Shown: one piece after another, positions 31,942 through 43,022 of the stretch | Numbering within the stretch: position 1 is the first letter of the stretch | Layout: each line of letters opens with the position of its first letter | DNA from: an uncultured Chloroflexia bacterium | GTDB taxonomy: Bacteria > Chloroflexota > Chloroflexia > QHBQ01 > JADMIH01 | NCBI GenBank assembly: GCA_963797095.1 | Contig: CAWCNY010000002.1 | Location: 768,001 to 832,000, forward strand | DNA: 64,000 nucleotides | Direction of reading: 5' to 3' | Notes under the pieces: generated by a model | Told to the model about the DNA's origin: nothing | Database searches by the model: none | What the model saw: the letters and a program-made list of their open reading frames with translations, nothing else | Made by a program: the position numbers and the translations under genes

Positions 31942-32367
31942 TCATTTTGTTGCCGGGTGCTTACCTGCTATCACCAGGAGCGCTCTCAGATTCACCATAC
32001 CCTGTCGATTGAGTTGCAGGGTCTCTGCGGTTACACGGCCAATAGCCGTCAAGCCCACTATTTGTGTAAGGCCTGCACTCCACGCAAAGTGTTCCATCCA
32101 TGCATGCGTTCTGGGATTATACAGAGGCGTTAGCACATCGGTAATTGGGCCATTTGCTGCTATCTTGTTGTATTTGGCATTGTTACACCCCTGGCAGGAG
32201 AGTGCAAGATTGTCCAGAATGGTTTCACCTTCAAGGTTCTTCGGTATTATGTGTTCAGCCGAAAAAGGGTCAGGCGAAACGCTCATGGAGCTTAGGCAGT
32301 ATTCACACAGCCCCTGTGCCCTGGCTACGACCACCCTTTTCTGCCGAGCCGTAACGCGTTCATTCAA
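31942..32367 (-). CDS. HNH endonuclease
   Basis: CEYC...EHIIP...NLALSCQGCN. Confidence 0.88.
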   Translation of the reverse strand: MNERVTARQKRVVVARAQGLCEYCLSSMSVSPDPFSAEHIIPKNLEGETILDNLALSCQGCNNAKYNKIAANGPITDVLTPLYNPRTHAWMEHFAWSAGLTQIVGLTAIGRVTAETLQLNRQGMVNLRALLVIAGKHPATK

Positions 32368-32752
32368 CGGGAGGTGGTACTATCCCCAGGGAAGCCATTA
32401 CCTCATCCAACGACATATTGCGGATTTGCGCCAACTCTATGAGAGCTTCCAACCTCTCGACCTGATACTGTTCTGCCAATTCCGTCAACTTCAGTAACTC
32501 TGTGTGTTCATCTTCTGTGAGGGAGTTTTGTCTTCTCCTTTTGATCAGTTCGCGATATCGCCGACGTACATCCGGCGCTAACCCTCCATTGATTGTGGCT
32601 AACAATGCAGTCTCATCTACATCGAGGATGTGGGTCTTGCGATATGCTTGCACACTGTGCAGAGTGTTTATTAGTTTGTCCAGTTCCGCATCGCTAAGTT
32701 GCTTAGCAGCCTCTACTAGAGCATGCGGTGTTATTTGCTTAGCAGTTGCCAT
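32360..32752 (-). CDS. Small helical protein coupled to the HNH gene (candidate antitoxin)
   Basis: Overlaps the HNH start; motif LTEDEHTELL...RLEALIELA. Confidence 0.6.
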   Translation of the reverse strand: MATAKQITPHALVEAAKQLSDAELDKLINTLHSVQAYRKTHILDVDETALLATINGGLAPDVRRRYRELIKRRRQNSLTEDEHTELLKLTELAEQYQVERLEALIELAQIRNMSLDEVMASLGIVPPPVE

Positions 32753-32849
32753 AAATTTCCTCCACAGGCGTTGCATTTGCTACCTTAATACTAACATGCC
32801 CTGACGGTGTGTTTGTGTAATTCGTAACCGCAATAGAAAGATCCGTACT

Positions 32850-33536
32850 CTAAGGTTTGTTGAAGTGCGCATCCTCCAACACGACATTTGCCTCCATCCT
32901 CTCCCAGGTAAAGACCTCGTTGTGAGCGCCGTCCTTTGCCAGCTCTTGCGATTGGAACGGGAAAAGCACCCCTTCGACTTCTCTATAATCTCCATAAACA
33001 GTTTCGGTCATCAACTCATCGCCGCCATGGACGGGGCGCACAGCGCGTGTTCTTGTGACCAGCAGGGTTTCTGCGTCGAGGTAGTATTCCATCACGTTAC
33101 CGTCCGTGAGGATCACCGTGATCACGTGCTGCATGCGCCCTTCGATATCCTCCGCGCCTTTGTAGGTTGCCATGTGCCCCTTGTCCCGGTAGCCCACTAA
33201 AGGCCCATCGAACTCCGCCCCGCGCTGTAGGGCCAATGCAGGCGCGCCCGTGACATACTCGGCCTGCTTCATACCCTTCGAGGGGTTGAACTCCCAGGCC
33301 CGCGAACCATCCCAGCCTTCTTCACCTGTCACACCATTTACCGTGTACTTGATCCGAAGGAGGTTAGGCCGCATCCGCTCGCCTGAAATGAGCACCACGA
33401 AAGCCGGTGTCTCTACCCGCCCGCTCTGCGCGAGAGTGCGGATCGCCATGATCTTCTCCATACCTCCCCGCGCCTCGATATGGCGGGCGATCATGCAGTC
33501 AGCAACCTGGGTAGTGTCTTCTGAGGGGCCTGTCAC
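32850..33536 (-). CDS. Hypothetical protein, possibly LolA-like beta fold
   Basis: IARHIEARGG, GWDG..AW, YYLDAET, YGDYREVEGVLFPF pattern. Confidence 0.55.
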   Translation of the reverse strand: MTGPSEDTTQVADCMIARHIEARGGMEKIMAIRTLAQSGRVETPAFVVLISGERMRPNLLRIKYTVNGVTGEEGWDGSRAWEFNPSKGMKQAEYVTGAPALALQRGAEFDGPLVGYRDKGHMATYKGAEDIEGRMQHVITVILTDGNVMEYYLDAETLLVTRTRAVRPVHGGDELMTETVYGDYREVEGVLFPFQSQELAKDGAHNEVFTWERMEANVVLEDAHFNKP

Positions 33537-33596
33537 CGCTTCCGAACCGTGATGCTTGTTCTTTCTCTGTGCTCTCTGCGTCTCTATGGTGAAACC

Positions 33597-34772
33597 TTAC
33601 GCGTGTGCGTGGGCGACCGACTTCCTGGCCGCCTTCAATACCTCGCGTGCGATCACTAACCGCTGGATCTCCGACGTGCCCTCGCCGATCTCGGTGAGGC
33701 GTACATCTCTGTAGTATCGCTCGACGTGTGCTTCGGTGATGTACCCGAAACCACCGTGCACCTGGATCGCTTTGTGGCAGCACTCCTCGCCCACCTCGGA
33801 CGCGAACAGCTTCGCCATCGCGGCTTCCTTGGTGAACGGCTTCTTGTGGTCCTTAAGCCATGCAGCCTGGAGCACCATCAGCCTCGCCGCTTCCAGCTTG
33901 GTCGCCATGTCAGCCAGCATGAACTGCACCGCCTGGAAGTTGGAGATAGGCTGGTTGAACTGCTGCCTCTCGTTCGAGTAGCGCAACGCAGCCTCGAACG
34001 CGGCCTGCCCAAGCCCCACCGCCATCGCACCAATCGAGATGCGCCCGCCGTCCAATATCTCAAGGAACTGCCGGAACCCCAGCCCAGGCGTTCCCAGGAT
34101 CGCGTCGTCGCCCACTCGCACGTTCTCGAAGAACACAGGTGATGTGATCGAAGAGCGCAACCCCATCTTGTCCTCGTCCTTGCCGAACGACAGCCCCTCG
34201 GTGGGATTCTCTACAATGAAGCTTGTGATCCCCTTCGATCCCGAAGCGTGGGGGTCGGTCTTGGCCGTGATCACCATCACACCAGCGATGCGCCCTGAGG
34301 TCATATAGAGCTTGGAGCCATTGATCACCCATTCGCCGTCTTGCTTCACGCCTACGGTCTTTGTCCCGCCCGCGTCCGACCCGGCGTGTGGCTCGGTCAG
34401 CCCGAAGGCTCCGACCATATCTCCCTGCGCCAGCGGCATCAGGTACTTTCGCTTCTGCTCTTCGGTGCCGAACAATTGAAACGGTGCGCCTCCCAGCGAG
34501 GTGTGGGCCGCCAGCGTCAGCCCAAGCGAGCCATCGGCCCTCGATATCTCCTCGACGGCAATCGCGTAAGAGATAGTATCTCCTCCCGCGCCGCCGTATT
34601 CCTCAGAGAAAGGCACTCCCATCAGGCCCAATGCCGCCATCTTCTTGATCAGGTCATAAGGGAATTCGTGTGTCTTGTCGCGCTCCAGCGCGCCCGGAGC
34701 TACTTCTTTGTCGGCGAAATCGCGCACCGTGTCGCGGAATAGTCTGTGTTCCTGGGAAAGCTCAAAATCCAT
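33597..34772 (-). CDS. Acyl-CoA dehydrogenase
   Basis: GLTEPHAGSD, KMGLRSS, RQQF, IGEGTSEIQR. Confidence 0.95.
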   Translation of the reverse strand: MDFELSQEHRLFRDTVRDFADKEVAPGALERDKTHEFPYDLIKKMAALGLMGVPFSEEYGGAGGDTISYAIAVEEISRADGSLGLTLAAHTSLGGAPFQLFGTEEQKRKYLMPLAQGDMVGAFGLTEPHAGSDAGGTKTVGVKQDGEWVINGSKLYMTSGRIAGVMVITAKTDPHASGSKGITSFIVENPTEGLSFGKDEDKMGLRSSITSPVFFENVRVGDDAILGTPGLGFRQFLEILDGGRISIGAMAVGLGQAAFEAALRYSNERQQFNQPISNFQAVQFMLADMATKLEAARLMVLQAAWLKDHKKPFTKEAAMAKLFASEVGEECCHKAIQVHGGFGYITEAHVERYYRDVRLTEIGEGTSEIQRLVIAREVLKAARKSVAHAHA

Positions 34773-34907
34773 GCAGCGAAAGCCTCCTCATTGAGGTCAT
34801 TGGTAGGATGCTCGCCCTCATAATCACATTTTCCGATCATTACTTCCTGAGGGCCAATCATCCGATTATAGCACAGGGGCATAGCCTTGTCGAAACTGCC
34901 GCGCTGA

Positions 34908-36393
34908 GTAAATGTCCAGAGTTGCGGTGGGGCAATTTCCACGATATTGTATGAGGCATGAGCTGGGAAGAAGAAGTAATGGCTTTGCGGGCTGAAGTAG
35001 TCATCCTCAAAGAGCAGCTTGCCCAAGCATTGGCTGCGAACAGCCAGTTGCAGGCACAACTAGACAAGTACCGAAGCGAACCACCCTCTTTCGTCAAGCC
35101 CAACACTGCCAAGTCCAAAGACCAGGCTAACTCCGAGAAGAAACCACGCCGCAAACGAGCCAAAGACCAAAATGGTGCCAGGCGTAGAGAGCAAACGCCT
35201 ACCCAAACGGTGCAGCACCACATAGAGATGTGCCCTGACTGTGGATATGGACTAAGCCAGCCCCAACTGGCCTCCGGCTCCAGACGCCAGGTGATAGAAC
35301 TCCCTCCTCCCCTTCCTGTAGAAGTCACCGAGCACCAGTTGTTCAAGAGTTGGTGCGCCCGATGCTCCAAATGGCATTATCCTCCACTCGATTTGAGCGC
35401 TCAGGGGGAGGTGATTGGACAAAGCAGAATGGGGATACGCATCGCCTCCCTGATAGCTTACTTACGCACCACCCTGAGAATGCCGGTGCGTCTGATTAGA
35501 GAATACCTGCACATCGTGCACAACTTGCTCATCTCTACAGGTGAGGTTGCGGACCTGCTGCACCGAGTGGCCGAGGCAGAGAAGGTGAGAAAAGCAGCAC
35601 AAGATATCAAAGAGGAGGTAAGACAGAGCAGTGTGGTGCATGGGGACGAGACAGGGTGGCGAGAAGGTGGGCAGAATGGCTATATCTGGTGCTTCTGCAC
35701 GCCCCATGGTGAGCGATACTACGAGTACGACAAGAGCCGGGGAGGAGCAGTGGCCAGGCGTATCCTCGGCTCACAGTTCAAGGGTACACTGGTCACCGAC
35801 TTCTACGCGGCACACAATGAATTCCCAGGAGAACACCAACGATGCTGGGTGCATCTGCTGAGGGACTTACACGAGTTGAAGGAAGAGCACAAAGGGAATG
35901 AAGAAGTGGTGGAGTGGGCCAAAGGGGTGCGGGTTCTGTATGACACAGCCCAAGAGTGCCTGCGAGCTGAACAGTGCGAACAGGGTGAACACGGTCCACC
36001 TTCTGCGGTAGAGAGAGAAGTGTTGTACATTGAGCTAATGGAGGGTGTGAGAGAGTTGGGAGGCAAGTACGCCTCAGCCAAGCCTCACAAGGAGCACCCA
36101 TGTCATGCTCTGTGCAAGAGGTTGCTTCGCCACCAGGACGAGCTATTCCGCTTCGTACTACAAAGTGGCCTCTCGGCGGACAACAACCTGGCGGAGAGGA
36201 GTGTGCGGGCGGTGGTGGTGATGCGCAAGGTGTCGGGAGGGTCGCAATCAGCAAGGGGGAGTGCCACACGCATGAGGCTGGCTACATTGTTCGGCACCTG
36301 GCGAGCTAAGGGTCTCAACCCCTTCTTTGAGTGTTTCACCCTTCTCTCTCAACCCCAACCCCAGCCCCTCACACCCTAAATCTGAACGCTATC
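34908..36393 (+). mobile_element. IS66 family element, single-ORF type
   Basis: Ends GTAAATGTCCAGA / TCTGAACGCTATC; 8-bp TSD CGCGCTGA at 34900-34907 and 36394-36401. Confidence 0.92.
34958..36379 (+). CDS. IS66 DDE transposase
   Basis: Coiled coil, CPDC/CARC zinc finger, HGDETGW, QRCWVHL, DNNLAER. Confidence 0.93.
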   Translation: MSWEEEVMALRAEVVILKEQLAQALAANSQLQAQLDKYRSEPPSFVKPNTAKSKDQANSEKKPRRKRAKDQNGARRREQTPTQTVQHHIEMCPDCGYGLSQPQLASGSRRQVIELPPPLPVEVTEHQLFKSWCARCSKWHYPPLDLSAQGEVIGQSRMGIRIASLIAYLRTTLRMPVRLIREYLHIVHNLLISTGEVADLLHRVAEAEKVRKAAQDIKEEVRQSSVVHGDETGWREGGQNGYIWCFCTPHGERYYEYDKSRGGAVARRILGSQFKGTLVTDFYAAHNEFPGEHQRCWVHLLRDLHELKEEHKGNEEVVEWAKGVRVLYDTAQECLRAEQCEQGEHGPPSAVEREVLYIELMEGVRELGGKYASAKPHKEHPCHALCKRLLRHQDELFRFVLQSGLSADNNLAERSVRAVVVMRKVSGGSQSARGSATRMRLATLFGTWRAKGLNPFFECFTLLSQPQPQPLTP

Positions 36394-36496
36394 CGCGCTG
36401 ATCAAACATACGATGAACGGCGAGCAACTGGCCGTAGCTCGGCAGGTTATCCGCCACACAGGCGCACGCACTATTGAGCAGCGCGACCTTTAGCTC

Positions 36497-37222
36497 TTAT
36501 ATCAACAGGTCGTCCGCGTTATGCCACTCGTGCCTGATATTCCGCATAATCAATGCGTGGTCGAATTGCACGCTCCCTCGCGGGAACTTGCTCTTATCTA
36601 GGAAATAGCTCGATCGCACGTGGCTCACTTGGAGTGGTTCCACCTTCCATTCCGTCGTTTTCAGGCGCAGGCCATCCAGCCTGCCCCTGTCTCTCGTCAG
36701 CGAATAACCGAGCGAGCCGCATTCGAAGAAAGCTGATGATGCCTCCAAAGATGGGAAGATAGAAGTAATAGGTAGAGTGCGTGCGACCTCGCTATCTACT
36801 TCCACCGCCACCTCTCTATCAATTGAGCGCATTGCTAGAGATATTCCATCTCCCCATTCGCGCACTCGGAAGGCAGCCCGGTGATGCTCACCTGGAAAAG
36901 CACGACCACCCAGTAGCAAATTCACAGGAGAATTGGTATCCCTACGTGGGATGAAGACTCCTTCATGTGTTTTACCGTCCTCATCGTCCCATAGCATCGC
37001 GATCCTGTGTGCCGCGTTTTCGCTACTGAGCCCGATAAACTCCGGTGTCATTTTGGGCCGCAAGTGCTCAAGCCTGATCAAGCAAATACCTACTACTGCA
37101 TGTCCATTCTGCAATTTTGGCCTGAACCGTGCTGGTAGCTGATCTTGCACTACCTTCGGATCGGCCCGGAAATTCACCAGTACACGGCGCCTGATGACAC
37201 CTTGAATAGTTGGTAGTCTCAT
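36497..37222 (-). CDS. DUF2071-like protein
   Basis: RRVLVNFRADP, SENAAHRI, FPGEHH pattern. Confidence 0.6.
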   Translation of the reverse strand: MRLPTIQGVIRRRVLVNFRADPKVVQDQLPARFRPKLQNGHAVVGICLIRLEHLRPKMTPEFIGLSSENAAHRIAMLWDDEDGKTHEGVFIPRRDTNSPVNLLLGGRAFPGEHHRAAFRVREWGDGISLAMRSIDREVAVEVDSEVARTLPITSIFPSLEASSAFFECGSLGYSLTRDRGRLDGLRLKTTEWKVEPLQVSHVRSSYFLDKSKFPRGSVQFDHALIMRNIRHEWHNADDLLI

Positions 37223-37344
37223 CGCGATATCTCACAATCTGGCGCAAAGGCCCTCGAAGTCATCCTGTATAACCTATTATACAAAGGAAGAGGCCCGCGA
37301 TTGACGCAGACCTCTTCACTAAATGACAACACAACCGACACTAA

Positions 37345-40300
37345 CTAGCGTATCTTATTGAAAGCCTCGATAGCCTCTTTGTGCCTGCCCATCTTCAGGA
37401 GAAGATCCCCTACTACCTGGTAGTACCGCGGCAGGTGCTTTGCCACCTCTTCAAAGTCGGCCAGGTCATCGCCGATAATGCTGAGCATAGTTTGTGAGGT
37501 GGTGCGCTTCCTTATGATTCTGCGGTATATGCGTAGGGCTGTATCGAAGTCCTCCGCCTGCACATAGGCAGAAGCCATCGCCATCTGGGCGCCTATGTTA
37601 TCCATATCCTGCCCACCCCACTCGCCCATATCCTCAAAGCCTTCGAGCGAAGGTAGAGGGCCGCTGGTCATCAACCCTCCATGTGAAGGAACCTTCGCAG
37701 CCCCTTCAGAATGTGGCACATGACTCGCAACCGGAACAGGCGTCTGCGTTACCCGGCCTTCGTTCCCCCTTCCGATGGTGCTACCTTGCATATCCTCACC
37801 CCCTTGCACTTGATCAGCTTTGGCGTTTGCGGTGTCGTAGTCGTATTCCCTCATATCGAATACGGCAGGCGTTTCCACCTCCTGTGGAACTGCTTCGGGC
37901 ACAGGTTGAGCTTTGGGTTGTTCGGCGCTTGGCTTCCCCTCTTGCTCCTCGGCAAAGGCCGCCCAGAGGCTGCGCGCCACTCGCGCTTTCACTTCCGGCT
38001 GTTCCACGGGCTGCTCAGGTTCACTTTCTACCGGTGCCGGCGCAGCCATTTCCCATATCTCCAGAGGTATCTCTGCCTGCTCTGCCATAGCCATTGGTGC
38101 GTACTCCTGATCGGGTTGCATGGCTTCAATCTCAGCTTCGTGCTCATAGATAAGGTAGCCTGTTGGCCTGTTGTCCTCTTCCAGCACGGCTTCTGCTAAC
38201 GACTCCACTGCCTCGTCAGAAGCAGGAGTGTCCGCCATCATAGCTTCTGCATTTTCCTTAGGTGCCTCAGGTGCCTTAGGTGTAGATACGCTCACAAAGA
38301 GTGAGGTATCCCCATCGGCTTCGCTCCAAACGTCATTCAGCGGCCTGGAACGCAGCATAATATCGTTTTCGTCGGGCACCGCCAGCTTGCCTGTGCCGTA
38401 ACTCCTCTGCATCTGATCTGCTTCCAGGTGCCCTGTGTGAGGCTCCTCTGTTTCCAGGTCAAGCTGGGCATAGTCGAAGGGTGCAACGTCCATACCGTCG
38501 ATTGCCAGGTCTATCTCGGTCGCCGGGCTGCTAACCTCGTCGACCATATCGTCCAAACTGGTATCAGTCAGATTGGTAGTAGCGCTCGCCATCCAACCGC
38601 GTGTTACGTGTGTATCCTTGATTGGAGCGGTATGCCTGGTCTCTTTCACTTCCGGCGATGCTGCCTCCCGCACAGCAGGCTCAACCTCCATAACCGGGGT
38701 TTCTGCCTCCATCACAGCAGGCTCAACCTCCATGACCGGGGCTACCGCTTCCATAACGGCGGGCTCGATCTCATCAGCGTAACCGGCTTCTTCACTCTGT
38801 TGTGCTACTTCCTCCATGCCATAGTCGCTCTCGGAAACCTCGGAAACCTCGGAAACCTCAACGGCATCAACAGGCTCAGGCTCCATGGCAGGCATTTCCA
38901 CAGGCATAGCAGGCTCAGGCTCCATGGCAGGCATTTCCACAGGCATAGCAGGCTCAGGCTCAATACTCAGCATATCCATACCTGTCACAGTCTCCATCTC
39001 CAGATCAGCCCCATGGGAAGCTACTTCCCACTCCTGTGGCTGCTCTTCCTCGGCCTGGACAACGGCTGCATCTTCTACATCCTCGTGAGATAGAATACCG
39101 GACGACATGACAACCTCTGTCTCCATATCGCCCATTACCGGCTCGTCGTAGATCATATTCGGCCCGGATTCCGGCTCAGGCTCAGGCTGGCCGCCCAGCA
39201 GGTCGGCTACAGCAGCCAGGTTCATCGTGATCGTCATCGGGTCGTGATCGTCTGGCATCAGACCGATCAACTCATCGGTATTGAAGCCCAGCGATTCCTC
39301 GACTTCATTGGCTGGTAGCAAAGAGAAATCGAACGGTTCGATTGGCGGCAACTGGCCGAAGTCTTCATCCGCATTCTCGTTGGACGCCTGCCCAGAGGCT
39401 GCGCCTGCATACTCAGAGGGCATGGGACGCGGCTCATTCAAGAACTCCTTTGTGCCCCAACCTCTCTGCGCTATATCCTGTATAAGCATCCCGGTTGGCG
39501 CTTCGTTTGCCGCTCCTTGTAGCCAGAACGGCAAATCTCCTGTGTTGTTGGCAACGTTTTGATCGGTCGGATCGGTCGCCTGCATCCCAATCGGGTCCCT
39601 CATCTCGGCGATAATTGACGCATCCAGGTCCTCGTAATCGCCCATTTCCTCGCTCCCGGCCACGGCTGCCTCGACATAAGGCGTAGGATCGAAAGCAGGT
39701 CCCATATCATTCTGGAGTTGGGCGATCTCTTCGGGGTTCGGAGCGGGTAGCGCCGACAATGGCGTGGCCGCACCCTGGTTGAACATGAAGCCCTCGAACT
39801 CTATTTCATCGCCCGTCAGATTGCCGCCCACGATCACCGGGTTCACACTCTTCAGAGCTTCGACTACCTCCGGATCGAGGTTGCTCGGTTCGTCTTGAGT
39901 CGTCTTTTGCCTGGTTGCTTCCAATTCAGCGATAGCTGCGCCCGCCGTCGCGGTGGTTGTGGTGGCCGTGGTGTCGGTAGCCTGTGGCGCTTCGCTCGTG
40001 GAAGCAGCCATCACGGGAGTTTCCTCCGCAGTTGGGGCTTCGGCCCCGGTCGCCTCATTTACATTTACTACAGGTTCCTGGACCTCATGTGCTCGGGCAG
40101 GACTGGCAGGCAGGTCCGGCTCCCACTGTCCCGCGAATTGCCCGGTGACCCATGAGAAATCTGGCCCCTGCTCAACTGCGGTTTCCTGTTCAACAGCCGG
40201 AGGAGCGCTCTCCTGCGCCATATGCGGCGCGTTATCGCCTGACCCCATTGTTCCGCCATCGACGGTCATTTCAGGGGTGTGGGCCTCTGCATGCTCGGCT

Positions 40301-41379
40301 ACATCCTGCATCGTGGTATCAGTAGCATTGGCCGTCGCTTGCGCTGCGTGCATTGCCCACTCAGGCATATCCATTACATCTGACATATCGGCGGTCGAAG
40401 AGATAGACGCGATCTGCGGCTCAGTTGATGGTGCAATATCATGTGACTGCTCGGTCTCAACATGGGCAGGTGCTTCCAGCGTAGCGATGGCAGCAGTTTG
40501 CGAGAGCATAGTCTCGTTCAAGGGGGTTGATTGTCTCAGCTTCTTCCCCGCTTGCATTGCGATCAGGATCGAGCTGAAATCTTCGATGGAAGCCAGCGAG
40601 CTATCGCTCCAGGAGGAATTGGGCGCGGCCACCCTGTCAGGAGGTAGTGGCCCCAACGGCCCGGTATTTCCTCTCGTGCGGCCCAGGCTTGTCACGGGAG
40701 AGGTGGCGGGAAGCGCGGTGGGCACGCTAGGAGACACCGCTACCGAAAGGGGACCGGTGGGTGTGCGTCCCGTCATTTGCTCGCTGCTGTCCAACGCCAT
40801 GGAAGGATCGTTTGCGGCGAGTGGTTAAATCGGCCCTGTAGGCAGCACAAGACCGGAGGTCGTTGCGTCGCCGCCTGTGTATGTTGTAGGCTGATCCTCA
40901 TTGACCCAGTGGGAAGGCTCAAGTGACTCGGTGGATTCAGACTGGCTGTCGGCCAGGTAGAAGGGTAGAGGTACGTCATCGCCTATGATATCAGCGTCTT
41001 CTGTCCGGGTATTGCTGGGTGCTCGTCCTTCTGTGGCGTTTGCACCAGGCTTCCCGCCTGGAATGGAGAATGGTTCGAAGCTGAATCCTGCCGGGGTGGC
41101 ATCCGTGCTTGCACCATTAGCGGGCAGTTGTTCTACTGCGCCCTGGTCAAACATGAACGGCTCGAACTCCATTTCAGCATCGCCAAACTGGCCCAAAGGC
41201 ATGTTGGGAAGGCCCGAATCCGAGGTTGTCCCTTTCTCTTTATTGCCAGCCTCCGGTCGCTCGGAGTCGAACATGAAAGGCGCGACTTCCACCTCTTCGT
41301 CTTTTACGCGGTTTGCCCGCGCCTCCTTGCTACCTGAGCCTTTGCTTCTCTGTTTCGCCATGAGTACCCCCTTATCCAT
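37345..41379 (-). CDS. Very large acidic low-complexity protein with C-terminal TPR-like helices; one in-frame TAA at 40825-40827
   Basis: ORFs 40825..41379 and 37345..40800 are in the same frame, separated by one stop plus 8 sense codons. They share PF(M/D)F-type motifs; the C-terminus is YYQVVGDLLLKMGRHKEAIEAF. Confidence 0.7.
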
Positions 41380-41418
41380 TTTGGATTGCGTTATTAATCT
41401 GACATCCGCAATCCAAAA

Positions 41419-42684
41419 TCACGAGTCTCCCACTCCGGCCTGGGTTTCGCCGAGTGATGCATTTAGTCTGTCGTAATATTTGAGGAGCGTTGCTATCCGC
41501 TCCGGTGTGGTGTTCTTGTCTTCCAGGTATATCTCTAACACCTGGCGTGGGTTCATCTGCTCGACCACGTGGTCTCCCAGCCTCATTCTATGTGAACGTG
41601 CCGAGTTGGTCACCACCGAGCCGAACGACGGTTCTTTCGCGTTCAAGGCGCGTCTGATCTCGTCCTGGCGCAGGTCTCGTAGGTATTCGGGTGTGGTCTC
41701 TATTACAAGACGCACCACCGAATCTTTGATCTCGTCTTCGTGCTCTTCTATCCTTCTGAGCGCTTCCTCTGTGGGGAAGTCCCCTGCCGCGTTTACTTTA
41801 ATAGTAAGGAAGCGGCGGGCGGGTACTTCGTGGAATTCGTGCCTGACGGTGCGCACCCCATCAGGCCCAGGCTCTCCTATCTCCACAGAGACAAAGCCCT
41901 TTTTGTCGTTCTGTTCGCCGAAGTCTATCCTCTCCAGCGAGCCGGGATATACGATAGGTGGCTTGCCTTCGGAGAGCACTTGATACTTGTGGATGTGGCC
42001 CATAGCCACGTAGTCGAATCGCGGGTTGGCTACCACCGACTTGGGCAATATTATGTCCTGCCCAAGCATGATATCCCGCTCGCTGGAGAAGACCGCTCCC
42101 TGCACCGAAGCATGAGCCGCCAGGATCGCGGGCATCGATGGGTCGAGCTCCTCCGCCGAAGTATCTATGAAACCTTCCACCATTGTGAGCAATTCACTGT
42201 TCAACTCGTCCGGCGTAAGGTTGCGCATATCGATTTGGCTGAGCAAATACGAGCGCGACAGCCACGGCAAGGCCACGATCTGCACCTTGCCTGCTTTCGT
42301 ATCAATAGTATGAATGCCCGGCTTCTGGGCTACGGTCACATTTGGTACGGCCAGAGTCGAATAGATCTCCACTGTGTTGGCACGCTGCAAAGCGTTGGGC
42401 ACATCGTGGTTGCCTACCAATATAAATGTAGGCATGTTTGCCGACGATAGCTTGTGAATGCACTTGGCGAATTCGCGCTGCACTGTGGGGGTGGGATCGC
42501 GGTTCTTGAAAATATCTCCCGCGATCAATACCATATCAACGTCGTTATCCAGCGCCCAATCGAGCGCCATATTAAGCGTCTTGAGGAAGTCACCAAGGCG
42601 CGTCGACAGACCCTTGACAGGGTCCACCCTGCCATAGTTCTCCATACCCAGGTGTATATCAGCTAAATGTAAGATGCGTAGCAT
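41419..42684 (-). CDS. sbcD: SbcD/Mre11 family nuclease
   Basis: HLADIHLG, AGDIF, GNHD, MGHIH, YPGSLERIDFGE. Confidence 0.92.
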   Translation of the reverse strand: MLRILHLADIHLGMENYGRVDPVKGLSTRLGDFLKTLNMALDWALDNDVDMVLIAGDIFKNRDPTPTVQREFAKCIHKLSSANMPTFILVGNHDVPNALQRANTVEIYSTLAVPNVTVAQKPGIHTIDTKAGKVQIVALPWLSRSYLLSQIDMRNLTPDELNSELLTMVEGFIDTSAEELDPSMPAILAAHASVQGAVFSSERDIMLGQDIILPKSVVANPRFDYVAMGHIHKYQVLSEGKPPIVYPGSLERIDFGEQNDKKGFVSVEIGEPGPDGVRTVRHEFHEVPARRFLTIKVNAAGDFPTEEALRRIEEHEDEIKDSVVRLVIETTPEYLRDLRQDEIRRALNAKEPSFGSVVTNSARSHRMRLGDHVVEQMNPRQVLEIYLEDKNTTPERIATLLKYYDRLNASLGETQAGVGDS

Positions 42685-43022
42685 ATCTACTTCGTGGCGA
42701 TCATTGAACGCTTGTTACTTGTGCTCGCTACTTGCCGGTCATTTACCTTAACATAATATCAAGCCAAAAGGTACGCAAAAAGGCGTAGTACCCCCGCTCA
42801 ATTCGGAGTATAGCACCCGTGATTCAGGGGTGTCAACCCTGACTTATGGTACAATAGGCATACTCCTAATGCGTATTGCGTACTATTCCGGACTACACCC
42901 AGACGAAGGACGATTGATGAAGGACGATGGATTAAAGTAATTCTTGGTTCTGATTACCGACTACCGACTACCGACGACCAGGAACTTTCGTCCTTCGTCC
43001 CCATAACAGGGGAGAACGTTCA

